NCBI GenBank assembly: GCA_002269645.1
Contig: NIVC01003816.1
Span: 1-64,000 of the forward strand
Direction of reading: 5' to 3'
DNA: 64,000 nt
From: Macrostomum lignano
Lineage: Eukaryota
Positions within the stretch are counted from its first letter, which is position 1. Each line of letters begins with the position of its first letter. The notes below the pieces were generated by a model, which searched no databases, was not told where the DNA came from, and worked only from the letters and a program-made list of their open reading frames with translations. Positions 47,850-61,562 of this stretch are shown here, piece after piece. The translations under genes were made by a program, and so were the position numbers.

Positions 47850-48000
47850 ATGATGCGGTCCAGTTTGCTTCTAACTTAATTAAATTGGACACAATGATGC
47901 GGTCCAGTTATCATCGAACTCAACTAAACTGGACACAATGATGCGGTCCAGTTATCATCGAACTCAACTAAACTGGACACAATGATGCGGTCCAGTTTTA
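47850..48000. repeat. 44-bp tandem repeat x3 downstream of the TMC stop
   Basis: ggacacaatgatgcggtccagttatcatcgaactcaactaaact. Confidence 0.85.
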
Positions 48001-48233
48001 TTTTTATTTATTACAAAAACTACTGTCATAGAATTTTAACCAAAAAGTAGTAGAAAAATTATTTAATTAATATACGCTTAAAATACTACTTTTATACGAG
48101 CAGTAGTAGTTAAATCCATGCAGAATTAAAATCTCTGAAAAAATTGACATAGAATTAACAAGAACACACACTATATATTCAAGACCTATAACACAATCGG
48201 CATATAATACTGATACTACTGCCAATCAGTCAA

Positions 48234-51200
48234 TCAGTAGTACTGTCGGCGTTGATTTCTAGTCATACGTTCGGCGTGACGGCGCAATCTGGCGTTGATC
48301 TGCTTGTTTAGCCGGACGCATTCGCTGTTCTCCTGCAAGGTTGATGATTTATGATTTATGACAATGCATCTATAATTAAAATATTTTGGTATAAAAAATT
48401 ACATTTATTATAGCCTACTTATTTACTAATTATGCATTTAATGTTGTATCAAATTACGAGCTATGATTTAGCTTCAAGGATTTTTGTAAAAAATTAGATA
48501 GCTCTACTAATTAGTAGTAGCATGTACTTTTCAGGCGAAAATAACTGTTACTAAGACGAATGAAAATATATTTCTTGTCACTGCGGACGCAGCTGAGAAT
48601 TTAGTCGGAATTCTCGCGCGATCAAAGATAAGAAACCGGCTGCACCCAGGAGACGGTGAGTCATGCCACTGCACAGTGCTTACAAGAGAAGTCAAGTTGA
48701 ATGCGAGATTTTGTTTAGAAATGATTCAGTCAGGTTAATACAGAGTTTTGATGATTCCTACACTTCCTACGAATTCCACAGCACTTCAGATGATTCAGGC
48801 AGGAATTCAGATGATTCAGGCAGGAATTCAGATGATTCAGGTAGAACATTCAGATTATTCACATGAAACTTCAGATGATTCAGGTAGAACATTCAGATGA
48901 TTCAGGCAGGAATTCAGATGATTCAGGTAGAACATTCAGATTATTCACATGAAACTTCAGATGATTCAGGTAGAACATTCAGATGATTCAGGCAGGAATT
49001 CAGATGATTCAGGTAGAACATTCAGATTATTCACATGAAACTTCAGATGATTCAGGTAGAACATTCAGATTATTCACATGAAACTTCAGATGATTCAGGT
49101 AGAACATTCAGATTATTCTCATGAAACTTCAGATGATTCAGGTAGAACATTCAGATTATTCACATGAAACTTCAGATGATTCAGGTAGAACATTCAGATT
49201 ATTCACATGAAACTTCAGATGATTCAGCTAGAACATTCAGATTATTCACATGAAACTTCAGATGATTCAGGTAGAACATTCAGATTATTCACATGAAACT
49301 TCAGATGATTCAGATAAAACTTCAGATGATTCAGGTAGAACATTCAGATTATTCACATGAAACTTCAGATGATTCAGATAAAACTTCAGATGATTCAGGT
49401 AGAACATTCAGATTATTCACATGAAACTTCAGATGATTCAGATAAAGCTTCAGATGATTCAGGTAGAACATTCAGATTATTCACATGAAACTTCAGATGA
49501 TTCAGATAGAAGTTTCAGATGATTCAGGTAGAACATTCAGATGAATCAGATAAAACTTCAGATGATTCAGAATCTCAGATAAAAGGCTAAGCTTATTCAG
49601 TCAGACACACAGTGATAGGCATCTCACCAGCACAATGTAGCGCTTCAAAGCTCTAATAGCGTCCTCCTTGCCCATGGCAACGCTGCGTACCCGCACCAGC
49701 ATGGTGAGGAACAGGCACAGCAGCAGCACCTGAGGCGTCCCAGTAGTCACGTAGCGAACGAAGCCAACAAGGTTGGACTGGTCGAAATAGGCGTCCTTGA
49801 GCAGGCCGTCGTTGCGGAACGGGCCGCAGACGGGCGACAAGGGCAGGGAGTAGATTAGAAAGGACAGGAACAGGCCAGGCACCAGCGAGGTCAGGAACAG
49901 GAAGGTGGTGATGGTCCTGGCTGTCAGCAGCTTGCCCATGCCCGCCAGACTGGGCCGAAAGCACAGCTGCAGGATCAGCTGCGGGAATGCGGGTGCGCAG
50001 TTAGGGTCGGGCGGTGCTGGCTCTAGGTTGTGATATTTGGGATGAGCATCAGTGGGGGCAGAGAAAAGGGGATCAGAGAGATGGGGATCAGAGAGATGGG
50101 GATAAGAGGAGATTGGGATCAGAGAGATGGGGATAAGAGAGATTGTGATCAGAGAGATGGGGACCAGAGAGATTATTATTAGATAAAAAGGGATCAGAGA
50201 GATTAGGATCAGAGACATGGGGATCAGAGACATGGGGATCAGAGACATGGGGATCAGAGAGATGAAGATCAGAGAGATGGGGATCAGAGAGATGAGAATC
50301 AGAGAGATAGGGATCAGAGAGATGAAGATCAGAGAGATGGGGATCAGAGAGATGAGAATCAGAGAGATAGGGATCAGAGAGATGAAGATCAGAGAGATGG
50401 GGATCGGAGAGATAGGGATCAGAGAAAAGGATTAAAGAGATAGAGATCAGAGAGATGGGGATCAGAGAGATGAGAATCAGAGAGATTGGGATCAGAGAGA
50501 TTAGGATTAAATAAATAGGGATTAGAGAGATTAGGATTAGATAAATAGGGATCACAGAGATTAGGATCAGAGACATGGGGATCAGAGAGAGAAATCAGAG
50601 AGAAGATCAGAGAGACTGGGTTCATAGAGATGGGGTTGAGAGAGATGGGGATGAGAAAGATGGGGATCAGAGAGATGGGGATCAGAGAGAGAAATCAGAG
50701 AGAAGATCAGAGAGACGGGGTTCATAGAGATGGGGGTGAGAGAGATGGGGATGAGAAAGATGGGGATCAGAGAGATGGGGATCAGAGAGATGGGGATCAG
50801 AGAGATGGGGATCGGAGAGATAGGGATCAGAGAAAAGGGGATTAAAGCGATAGAGATCAGAGAGATGGGGATAAGAGAGATTGGGATCAGAGAGATTTTG
50901 TGATCAGAGAGATTAGGATTAAATAAATAGGGATCAGAGAGATTAGGATTAAATAAATAGGGATCAGAGAGACGGGGTTCATAGAGATGGGGGTGAGAGA
51001 GATGGGGATGAGAGAGATGAAGATCAGAGAGATGGGGACAGAGAGATGGGGACCAGAGAGATGGAGATCAGAGAGATGGGGATGTGAAAGATGGGGATCA
51101 GAGAGATGGGGATCAGAGAGATGTGGATCAGAGAAATGAAGATCAGAGGGATGGGATCACATACATGGAGATCAGAGAGATGGGAATCACATACATGGAG

Positions 51201-54200
51201 ATCAGAGACGTGGGGATAAGAGAGATGGGGATCACATACATGGGGATCAGAGACGTGGGGATCAGAGAGATGGGGATCAGAGAGATGGGGATCAGAGAGA
51301 TAGGGATCAGAGAGATGGGGATCAGAGAGATAGGGATCAGAGAGATAAGGATCAGAGAGATGAGGATCACAGAGATGGGGATCAGAGAGATGAAGATCAG
51401 AGAGATAGGGATCAGAGAGATGGGAATCAGAGATTTGAGAATCAGAGAGATGGGGATCAGAAACTTGGGGACGAGGCCTTGATCTCACCTTCAAGCAATA
51501 AACAAGCAACATAATGTGGATCAAAGCACTTACCCATTTGTAAAAGAACAATGTGAGAATTTTCAGCGCTCCAAACACAGCCAGAGGTGGACTAAAGAAC
51601 GCGCCGAGCCTGAAGAGAACCAATGATGATAGCCATAGTAACAATCAGACTAAAAACTTTGTTATACATATAGTCAAGATAGAACAAGCAAGTCCAACTT
51701 ACCAAAGCAAAGCAGCGGAGAATGTGAGACAGGCGGCATTGTAGCTGATGTCAATGTTCAGCTTGATGGATCTCTGCAGAGCTGGGAGGGGCAGCAAGCT
51801 AAGCAGCCTGCGATGGGTTGGGTGAGTTGGAAAAGCATACATCAAAATATAGTAGCCAGAACTTATACAATTATTGATGATAAACAGAATGAGATTTGAG
51901 GGTGACACTGTATAGGAAACTTATGGTGTGAGATAGAGGATGAGACAGGGATGAGATTGGAGACGAGACCAAGGCGTGACATTCGAGATGAGACTAAGGG
52001 ATGAGATTGGAGATAAGACAAAAGGGTGAGATTGGATGCGATAAGAGATGAGAAAAGGGGTGAGATTGGTTGATGAGACGAGGCGTGTGCGTGAGATTAG
52101 AAATAAGACAAAGGGGTGAGATTAGAGATGAAACAAAGTCGTGAGATTAGAGATGAGACAAAGGTTTGAGATTAGAGATGAAACGAAGAAGAGAGACTAG
52201 AGTTGAGACAAAGGGGTGAGAATGGAGACGAGACCAAGGCTGAGATTAGAGACGCGACCACGGCTGAGATGAGAGATTAGAATCTTCTGTGGTATTGAGG
52301 AAGAGAATTCGGAACAAATGAGACTCATTTGTTATTCCATAAGGAATTGGTTGTTGCCGCTTAACTCACTTTGGCAGAACCTCGAGAAGAAAAGACGATA
52401 CCAGAGCAGCAAAGAAGTCGTAAAAGTTAAGCCGGTAGAGCTGGGCAGCCATCCAGGACTCCCAACAGAATTCATTCGCCTCGCTAGTCACAGACCAGCC
52501 GTCATGTAATTGCGAATGACCCTGAAGAGGGGGATGGATTTTGTCTGGATTTCGAATTTTTACCACAGACACACACCTCACTCCCTGCCCTCAGCCACCC
52601 ACCTCACTCCCTGCCCTCAGCCACCCACCCCACTCCCTGCCCTCAGCCACCCACCCCACTCCCTGCCCTCAGCCACCCACCTCACTCCTTGCCCTCAGCC
52701 ACCCACCCCACTCCCTGCCCTCAGCCACCCACCCCACTCCCTGCCCTCAGCCACCCACCCCACTCCCTGCCCTCAGCCACCCACCCCACTCCCTGCCCTC
52801 AGCCACCCACCCCACTCCCTGCCCTCAGCCACCCACCTCACTCCCTGACCACAGACACCCACCTCACTCCCTGACCACGGACACCCACCTCACTCCCTGA
52901 CCACAGACACCCACCTCACTCCCTGACCACAAAATCATAGCTACAGTACAATGCAAACTAATTGTAGTTTAAAAACTTACCAACACTCTACAGGTGAAGT
53001 AATTTGAGTCGGATTCCGCCTCCGATGAGTGGCAAAATATGAAAGCGTGCAGCACAAATGCTAAAGAAGCCACAGTCGCCAGGGTGAAGAGGCCACTTCT
53101 GTAAATTTAGCGACAAGAAATACGTGGCTCTAATCGTCAAATAACAAAAAGCTGCTTTCCCATTGCTGATTCTCACCTGACTAGCGGATAGGTGACATTA
53201 TAGTGCAGATCTGTGTGCCGCTCCATCATGGAAAGCACCCGGAGGCAACACAGGAAGCCATGATAGCCGATAATTATGCTGGCAAAAAAGGTGCCAGAGC
53301 TTGGCAACAGATTCGATGCGCTCAGGTGTTCCTGGGCCTGCGTTTATCAAAGAGAAATTATTTCCTTAATGAAGGTAGTAAAATAATAATTTGATAGACA
53401 TACGAGTTTAATTCTCACCTCCAAGTAGATATATTCGCGAAACATTATGATAAGCAGCAGACAGGCCACTACGATGAGCAGAAGGGAGACGACATTGATT
53501 ACCAGCAGCTGCAGCAGGCTGCTGGCCCGGTCTGAGAAACCCGTCTGCCGCTGATGCTTGCCGATCTGCACCGCAGTCTCCTGAGGATGCGGCGTCGGTT
53601 GGCGGATGGCGCTGGGAATGGTAACACCTCACTCCCTGGTTCTACACCCACCTCACTCAGTGGCTCTGGACCCACCTCACTCCCTGGCTCTACACCCACC
53701 TCACCCCCCGGCTCTACACCAACCTCACTCCCTGGCCCGTACACCCACCTCACTCCCTGGCTCGTAAACCCACCTCACTCCCTGGCCCGTACACCCACCT
53801 CACTCCCTGGCCCGTACACCCACCTCACTCCCTGGCTCGTAAAGCCACCTCACTCCCTGGCCCGTACACCCACCTCACTCCCTGGCCCGTACACCCACCT
53901 CACTCCCTGGCCCGTACACCCACCTCACTCCCTGGCCCGTACACCCACCTCACTCCCTGGCCCGTAAACCCACCTCACTCCCTGGCTCGTAAAGCCACCT
54001 CACTCCCTGGCCCGTACACCCACCTCACTCCCTGGCCCGTACACCCACCTCACTCCCTGGCCCGTACACCCACCTCACTCCCTGGCTCGTAAAGCCACCT
54101 CACTCCCTGGCCCGTACACCCACCTCACTCCCTGGCTCGTAAAGCCACCTCACTCCCTGGCCCGTACACCCACCTCACTCCCTGGCCCGTACACCCACCT

Positions 54201-57200
54201 CACTCCCTGGCCCGTACACCCACCTCACTCCCTGGCTCGTAAAGCCACCTCACTCCCTGGCCCGTACACCCATCTCACTCCCTGGCCCGTACACCCACCT
54301 CACTCCCTGGCCCGTACACCCACCTCACTCCCTGGCCCGTACACCCACCTCACTCCCTGGCCCGTACACCCACCTCACTCCCTGGCCCGTACACCCACCT
54401 CACTCCCTGGCCCGTACACCCACCTCACTCCCTGGCTCGTAAAGCCACCTCACTCCCTGGCCCGTACACCCATCTCACTCCCTGGCCCGTACACCCAACT
54501 CACTCCCTGGCCCGTACACCCACCTCACTCCCTGGCCCGTACACCCACCTCACTCCCTGGCCCGTACACCCACCTCACTCCCTGGCCCGTACACCCACCT
54601 CACTCCCTGGCCCGTACACCCACCTCACTCCCTGGCCCGTACACCCACCTCACTCCCTGGCCCGTACACCCACCTCACTCCCTGGCCCGTACACCCACCT
54701 CATCCACTGGCCCGTACACCCACCTCATCCACTGGCCCGTACACCCACCTCACTTCCTAACAAGCATACAAGCTCGTACTATATACATTCCCAATCACTG
54801 ATCCACACAATCATCCCTAACAATTCTCACCTTAAAAGTGGTAGCAATGGCTGATCTTCGCTGAACCACAGCGCGCGGCCGTCGCATGGAGAAATCCCAG
54901 GCAGAAAACACGGTAGCAATTAGGCTGCTGCCGCGCAGCTCGCCACTGCTCTCCACATAGTGATCCTGCACCGCTGTTGTGAGCCTTTCAAATTAGATCA
55001 AATGAGTACGAGAGCTATATTGATAACTGAACCGGCTCATTGGCTTAACACTTTGTTACATATAGGAAACGAATTATGAGATTTTCGCACTCAGCTCACA
55101 TTTTCGCCACACAGATCAAGTTAAAGATAAGAAAACCGAGACCGGTGAAGAAGTAGGCATTTTTCAAATCGTATCCGCTGCCGTCTAGAGTTTTGTTTGA
55201 ATAGGCGCCATAGTACAGCAGCGATTGCGGCCTGATGTCCTGCGGGTTTTTGCCATAATTGTGTCTGTACTGCAGTAGACTACAGCTCCAGATCACTTAG
55301 CCCCGCTCCATCACCCAGGTCCATGAGAATCGCCCGCAGACGAATCGCCCGCCGAGATTTGTCCGCAGAGATTTCCCAAAGTGCATTTTGCCCGCGCGCG
55401 ATTTGCCCGCCGTTTTTTTTCAGCCGAAGTTTGCCCGTAAAGCTTTTTTCGCTCGAGGGCAATTAACTCGCGGCCAAATTTCACTGCGGGAAATCTCGGC
55501 GGAAACGGCTCGACAGGCAAATCTCCGTCATCCCTCCGTCACCCACCCCACTTATCTATATTCCCTCCGTCACCCACCCCACTTATCTATATTCCCTCCG
55601 TCACCCACCCCACTTATCTATATTCCTTCCGTCACCCACCCCACTTATCTATATTCCCTCCGTCACCCACCCCACTTATCTATATTCCTTCCGTCAGCCT
55701 CCCCACTTATCTATATCCCTTCCGTCACCCACCCCACTTATCTATATTCCCTCCGTCACCCACCCCACTTATCTATATTCCTTCCGTCACACTCCCCGCT
55801 TCCAATCTCCTCTATCCAACATTGAAATCGACTCACCCTGCCCAGCACAGCGTCAGCTAAAGTGGCATTATTAACAGCGTAAGCTGACCGACCAAAGCCT
55901 TTGGGCCTGAGCTGGGGAAACACCAGAAAGAAAAAGATTGACATGGCTGACAGCACCGTTGCCATGGCCAGCTGGCGGTAGATTGTAAAGAATGCGCCCA
56001 CACCTGTAAGGCAACACAGAATAAGACGGAGCTGTGCTTATCATCGGCGCACACCTAGTGCACTGAACCGTCAATCTTATGGCTTTGTCTCACCTGTGCC
56101 ATAGTCGGCGGCTACGCTATCGTCTATGGCCGAGCCGAACCCGGTCACCAGGTCGTACGCGCGCACGAGGCCGTGATAGATTGAGCGGACCAGTTTGAAA
56201 GCGCAGTTAGTGCGCTGAGTTAGTGGCTTCTGCTGGCCCGTCTCATCCTCCTGGGCCTGCAGTCGCTGAGCTCTAACTGCCTGCCTCTTGCGACTGGCTT
56301 TGAGCGCTGAGCCGCGACTGCGCAAGGGAAAGAAGACATTTTAAATCCTCAGTTGGCATGTGCCCAACTTGCTACACACCTTATTTCTCAGCAAATCACA
56401 ACCCCTGCAGTTGGCTACAGACTTCTCAGACAATCACAACCCCTGCAGTTGGCTACAGACTTCTCAGCCAATCACAACCCCTGCAGTTGGCTACAGACTT
56501 CTCAGCCAATCACAACCCCTGCAGTTGGCTACAGACTTCTCAGCCAATCACAACCCCTGCAGTTGGCTACAGACTTCTCAGCCAATCACAACCCCTACAG
56601 TTGGCTACAGACTTCTCAGCCAATCACAACCCTAAGCGATGCCACAGACTTATCAAACAAGCCGGATTCCTACGATATTCGTATTTAATCCGTTCACTCA
56701 CTATGCAGTCATGTAGGTTTGCTGCTCTGTGGCACCTATTGAAGCATCTCCAAGGCCTTCATCATTGCTACTCTCAGCGGCGCCGGCAGTAGGCGAAGCA
56801 GCAGCAGCGTTCAAGCTGCTCTGCGAAGCCGACTCGGTTCGAAGATTCCGAACTCTGTCAGACAGAGACTCCACACTGAGCCAGTCTGTAAGCGTGGAAT
56901 TTATTTGTTCAGTTAAGTGCGTTGAAACAGATATTTGCAAGCGCTGAGGCAATTCTGCCCATTCCGCTGACTGCTGAGCACATACAAGCGCACCAATACT
57001 GTACGCAGGCACAGCACTCATGCACACGCTCACACAGGATGTACAGCAGCCCTGACTTTCTGATCGTCAGGCATGTACACTCTCAGGCATGTACACTCTC
57101 AGGCATGTACACTCTCAGGCATGTACACTCTCAGGCATGTACACTCTCAGGCATGTACACTCTCAGGCATGTACACTCTCAAGCATGTACACTCTCAGGC

Positions 57201-57695
57201 ATGTACACTCTCAGGCATGTACACTCTCAGGCATGTACACTCTCAGGCATGTACACTCTCAGGCATGTACACTCTCAGGCATGTACACTCTCAGGCATGT
57301 ACACTCTCAGGCATGTACACTCTCAGGCATGTACACTCTCAGGCATGTACACTCTCAGGCATGTACACTCTCAGGCATGTACACTCTCTGAGCCTTGGCG
57401 GCTGGCCCTCATGGGTGTTAAATCTCACGACAACCTCCACACACAAGCCGAATGTGGCCGAACATGGAATCGAACCAGGGGTCACAGATTGAGAGTCAGG
57501 CACATTCACCGCCAGGCTGCACTTCCCCCTCCCCTTGAAACCACAATTGATTAATTGTGGCAACAATATTAATACGCGAGCATACTTACGCATCTTGCTT
57601 GATGGCAGGTTTCTGACCACCTGCATTCCGCCAGATGGCTGCACAATCAGGCTACCAATGTCATCCAGAGGAATTGCTTCGATATTGCTGGCCAT
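48234..57695 (-). CDS. TMC: Transmembrane channel-like (TMC) protein of the TMC4-8-like branch, ~770 aa
   Basis: Phase-consistent exons: 57695-57590 and 56966-56702 (both tentative), 56317-56094, 56003-55837, 55269-55100, 54984-54831, 53580-53419, 53337-53177, 53098-52981, 52521-52370, 51807-51703, 51609-51534, 49978-49628, 48332-48234. Motifs: YGTGVGAFF, LLYYGAY, VFSAWDF, CWESWMAAQLYRL..YDF, DISYN, WLGAFFSP, LSPVCGPF. Confidence 0.9.
48785..49570. repeat. ~22-bp-based minisatellite (ttcagatgattcaggtagaaca / ttcagattattcacatgaaac) in the last TMC intron
   Basis: Direct reading. Confidence 0.94.
50070..51465. repeat. 15-bp minisatellite (ggggatcagagagat)
   Basis: Direct reading. Confidence 0.95.
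51925..52280. repeat. Degenerate ~25-bp repeat (gatgagacaaaggggtgagattaga)
   Basis: Direct reading. Confidence 0.8.
52565..52930. repeat. 26-bp C-rich repeat (ccacccac[c/t]cactccctgccctcag)
   Basis: Direct reading. Confidence 0.94.
53625..54755. repeat. 25-bp C-rich repeat (cccacctcactccctggcccgtaca)
   Basis: Direct reading. It shares the core cacctcactccctg with the 52565 array. Confidence 0.96.
55525..55790. repeat. 31-bp repeat (ccctccgtcacccaccccacttatctatatt)
   Basis: Direct reading. Confidence 0.94.
56385..56632. repeat. 38-bp repeat (cacaacccctgcagttggctacagacttctcagccaat)
   Basis: Direct reading. Confidence 0.94.
56975..57528 (-). mobile_element. tRNA-derived SINE with an internal 16-bp tandem expansion (~20 copies, 57066-57388)
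   Basis: The head GGGGAAGTGCAGCCTGGCGGTG..GACTCTCAATC..CCCCTGGTTCGATTCC has A/B boxes. Core and tail align with 63585-63948 and 17642-17745. Confidence 0.82.
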
Positions 57696-58377
57696 TGCTG
57701 ACTCAAAGCGAATGACTGTCAAAGCTTAAAAATAGTTGCATAATGACTCAATTATTACTTAAAGAACAAAACTATACTTGGAAATGTAACTTCAATTTAG
57801 TTATCCTACTGCACTGGCTCATGCACCTGAAGGTGTAAACAAAGCATATATTTATACTTCCAGAATAACTATCCAGAAAATATAAAAACCCAAAATAGAA
57901 TTTCATCATTCCCAGTGAAGTGCATCTAGTTATATTGAAAAAAAAATTAATTTATAATATGGAGTCTTATTAAACACCTAATATCCCTACATTAAGTACT
58001 TTATATAATAAATATTTACAGGAGGGCTGTGGGCACCTTGGCTCAATGCCTTCAGCAATGTCATTCCAATGGTGAGACAATTCCACCCATTGTACTAACT
58101 CTTGGGCACACAAGTTTTTAGATACTGCATGCAGTCACTCTATATGCTTACATATGGCATATAGTGGCACTACTATTCTAGTAGAGATGTTTTGAAATTT
58201 TAATTAGGATTTTGATTTCCCAAATTTTTTAATTTTCAAATGCAAATTTTGATTTTGAAAATTTAAGTCAAAATTTTGAGAGTCTAGTTTCAAAATTGTT
58301 TATTTTATTTAATTTTCTTAGAAATGATTTCAGCTCTGATATGCAAAACCTTAAGCAGTCTAAAGATATAGTGCAGA

Positions 58378-58381
<4 letters not shown>

Positions 58382-58455
<74 letters not shown>

Positions 58456-58458
58456 TAA

Positions 58459-58515
<57 letters not shown>

Positions 58516-58518
58516 TAA

Positions 58519-58557
<39 letters not shown>

Positions 58558-58566
58558 TAAAGAGAA

Positions 58567-58630
<64 letters not shown>

Positions 58631-58707
58631 AGAGAAAGAGAGAGAGAGAAAGAGAGAGAGAGAGAAAGAGAGAGATGGGGAGTCGGGGAGAGAGAGAAAA
58701 GAGAGAG

Positions 58708-58770
<63 letters not shown>

Positions 58771-58854
58771 GAAATAACAAGAAAGAGAGAGAGAGAAAGA
58801 GAGAGAGAGAGAAAGAGAGAGATGGGGAGTCGGGGAGAGAGAGAAAAGAGAGAG

Positions 58855-58921
<67 letters not shown>

Positions 58922-58940
58922 GAAATAACAAGAAAGAAAG
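58382..58940. repeat. (AG)n-rich array with a higher-order duplicated block
   Basis: gatggggagtcggggagagagag occurs twice (~58674 and ~58820). Confidence 0.97.
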
Positions 58941-60241
58941 AAAATGAAAAATAGAGGTAGACTATAACTAATAGCAAAAACCACAAGCAAGTCAAGGAGC
59001 TAAAACTAGGTCTATAGAACCTTATTAGAATAATATAAAGAACTCACAAATAATGCACTGATGCCCTCATTGTACTTATGATTGCAACAGCATTAATTTT
59101 TGACAAATATTTATATTTTATATTGCTAATAGCCTCTGTCTTAACAGACTAAATTCTTATAATAATTTAATATAGCATAAGACTAGAAATTTATACTTGA
59201 TATCTAGCAAGAGCAAAAGTATCAATTGTTTAACAAAATAAATAATGCATACTTAAAAATAAAAAGAATGATACTCAATAATAAGCAACTTCTAAAAAGC
59301 GTAAAATATTAGAATCTTCCTTCTTAGAGATCCAGTCAGAAAGTCAAAAACATGGTTGCAATTAAGGCTTGAAGCTTTGCTTAGAAACAAAATCATTCAT
59401 AGGGCCTAGGGCGGTTTTCAACTAGGTGCTTTTCAATAAAAATACACCCTATCCTATGTATATATTTTTAACTACTTAGACGCACAATTTAAAGAAAAAT
59501 TAAATATAATACCGAAACGGCGTAACATGGTCTATGGAAGATTCTTAATCTTTACCTGACTGCACACATAAATAAAAGATACAATAAACCAAGATAAAGA
59601 AACCAAGAACCACTGCTTAAATGGTTTGTTAGAGTAGAGTTTGATTTATGTGACTCGTCTTAGAAATGTGACTCGTCTAAAATTACATTCCATTTCCAAA
59701 ATGACAGTTTCTTAGAATTTCTTGCATTCTAATTCGTGCTTTAAAGCGTTGCCTGTACGGGTTAATTTTGTTTAGTCAACGTGGTCACACGAATGGGACT
59801 CTGCAGAGGACTGAGAATGTAAGCATAGCTATATTGAAGTTTAAAGGAAGCTATGTCTTCAGTTAAGGTACATGTAACTCAGGATTTAAATTTAGGATAA
59901 TAATAAAATGATTACACCTGCCCTTGGTGGGTAATGTGCAACCGACCACTTAGCCGCAGCTACATGTATTGCGCGCTATGGCGTAATAACTCTGCATGTA
60001 TGTATTTCTTCTATTTGAGATGCACCCACAATTTTATTTTTCATAAATATGCTACCGCGGCAGACCGGCAAGCAAACAAAGTTACGGCGAAATTCCAGTG
60101 TAGCTCTTATCTAAAGTCGTATTTTTAGACCATTTTACTGCTATCTTAACCGAATTTTTCTATGGTAAAACCCCATATAGCGCTATGCAACTGAAAAGAT
60201 AAACAAGCCGCTTCAATAATAGCCTACATGATCGATCGAAA

Positions 60242-60960
60242 GGTTTACCCCCGATTCGCCGAATCCCGATTTGCCGATTCCCAGCTCGCCGAATTCTGAT
60301 TCGCCGATTCCTGGTTCGCCGAAATTCCCGAGTCGCCTATTCCCGATTTGCCGAAATTCCTGATTTGCCGAAATTCCTTATTTGCCGAAATTCCTCATTT
60401 GCCGAATCCCGACTTGCCGATTTCCTGATTCGCCGAATTCCCGACTCGCCGAATTCACTATTCGGTCAATTCGTACTACGTCGAATCTCTGGTAATGCCT
60501 GTGGCCTGTGCTAGCTAATAGATAAGCCATTCTTTGTTCGAACCTTGTGTATATTTTGCTTGTTTCATTCACTCTACTATTTCTTAGTGACTTATACTAA
60601 TACTAATACTCAAGAAATAATAGAGTAAATGATAACAAGCAAAAATGTACAAAACGTTCGAGAAAAGAATGGAGCCTTATCTATTAGCTAGCACAGGCCA
60701 CAGGCATTACCAGAGATTCGACGTAGTACGAATTGGCCTAATAGTGAATTCGGCGAGTCGGGAATTCGGCGAATCAGGAAATCGGCAAGTCGGGATTCGG
60801 CAAATGAGGAATTTCGGCAAATAAGGAATTTCGGCAAATCAGGAATTTCGGCAAATCGGGAATAGGCGACTCGGGAATTTCGGCGAACCAGGAATCGGCG
60901 AATCAGGATTCGGCGAGCTGGGAATCGGCAAATCGGGATTCGGCGAATCGGGGGTAAACC
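60242..60960. mobile_element. 719-bp almost fully palindromic foldback/MITE with an 8-bp TSD
   Basis: Ends are ggtttacccccgattcgcc and ggcgaatcgggggtaaacc. The TSD gatcgaaa is at 60234-60241 and 60961-60968. The arms are built of ~14-17-bp ttcgccgaa(a)ttcc units. Confidence 0.93.
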
Positions 60961-61562
60961 GATCGAAAGTTAATTTTGGCAATTTTACAGACACGTACAT
61001 GTACATGTGTAATGAAGATGTAAGACTACATTTAGGTAAATAGAAATTTATACACGCTTTTAGCAGCCTATCGCAAGACGATTTTACATACGTATATTTA
61101 CTTTACTCATTTTCTGCCTATCATGGCTGTGAGCTACACAATTAATTGGCAGAAAAAGCCCACAAATAAACCGAATTATTCTCGATCTCACTTATATAGG
61201 CCAACAGAAAATATGGCTAAACCTCGTACGTAGATAAATATAAGCACAGTACGCAGCCATTTCCCTTGTTCTACATACATCACATTGTAGTAGACTAGCA
61301 TAAACTTCTTATTTTGTGAATTATATAGTCATGATATAAGAACAAAGACATATGCTTTTTAACTGTTTAAAAAGATTTTTGTTGTGAATTTACTTTAAAT
61401 TTTTTAATAAAAATCGTAAAAAATATTTTTAAATTCTTGAAATAACAATTGATTTTCGTTCCATGTAGTTTACAGTAATCAGGACGAATCGTGAATAAAC
61501 ACTTGTCGGACTCTTAATGAATTTTCCAGACAAAGCTGTACAGTGCACACACACAGTTTGGG

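Noticed and set aside
48600-48665. Plus-strand donor-like site (gagacg|gtgagtc), suggesting an antisense exon in the last TMC intron
   Set aside because: It is a single motif with no downstream plus-strand exon and is expected by chance.
55310-55525. Partly self-complementary tttgcccg-rich segment
   Set aside because: It is probably a decayed MITE, but termini and TSD could not be defined.
57453-57528. Possible tRNA-Glu(CTC) gene; a similar tRNA-like segment at 63880-63948
   Set aside because: Acceptor and anticodon stems pair poorly, and both continue into a shared repeat body, so they are SINE heads.
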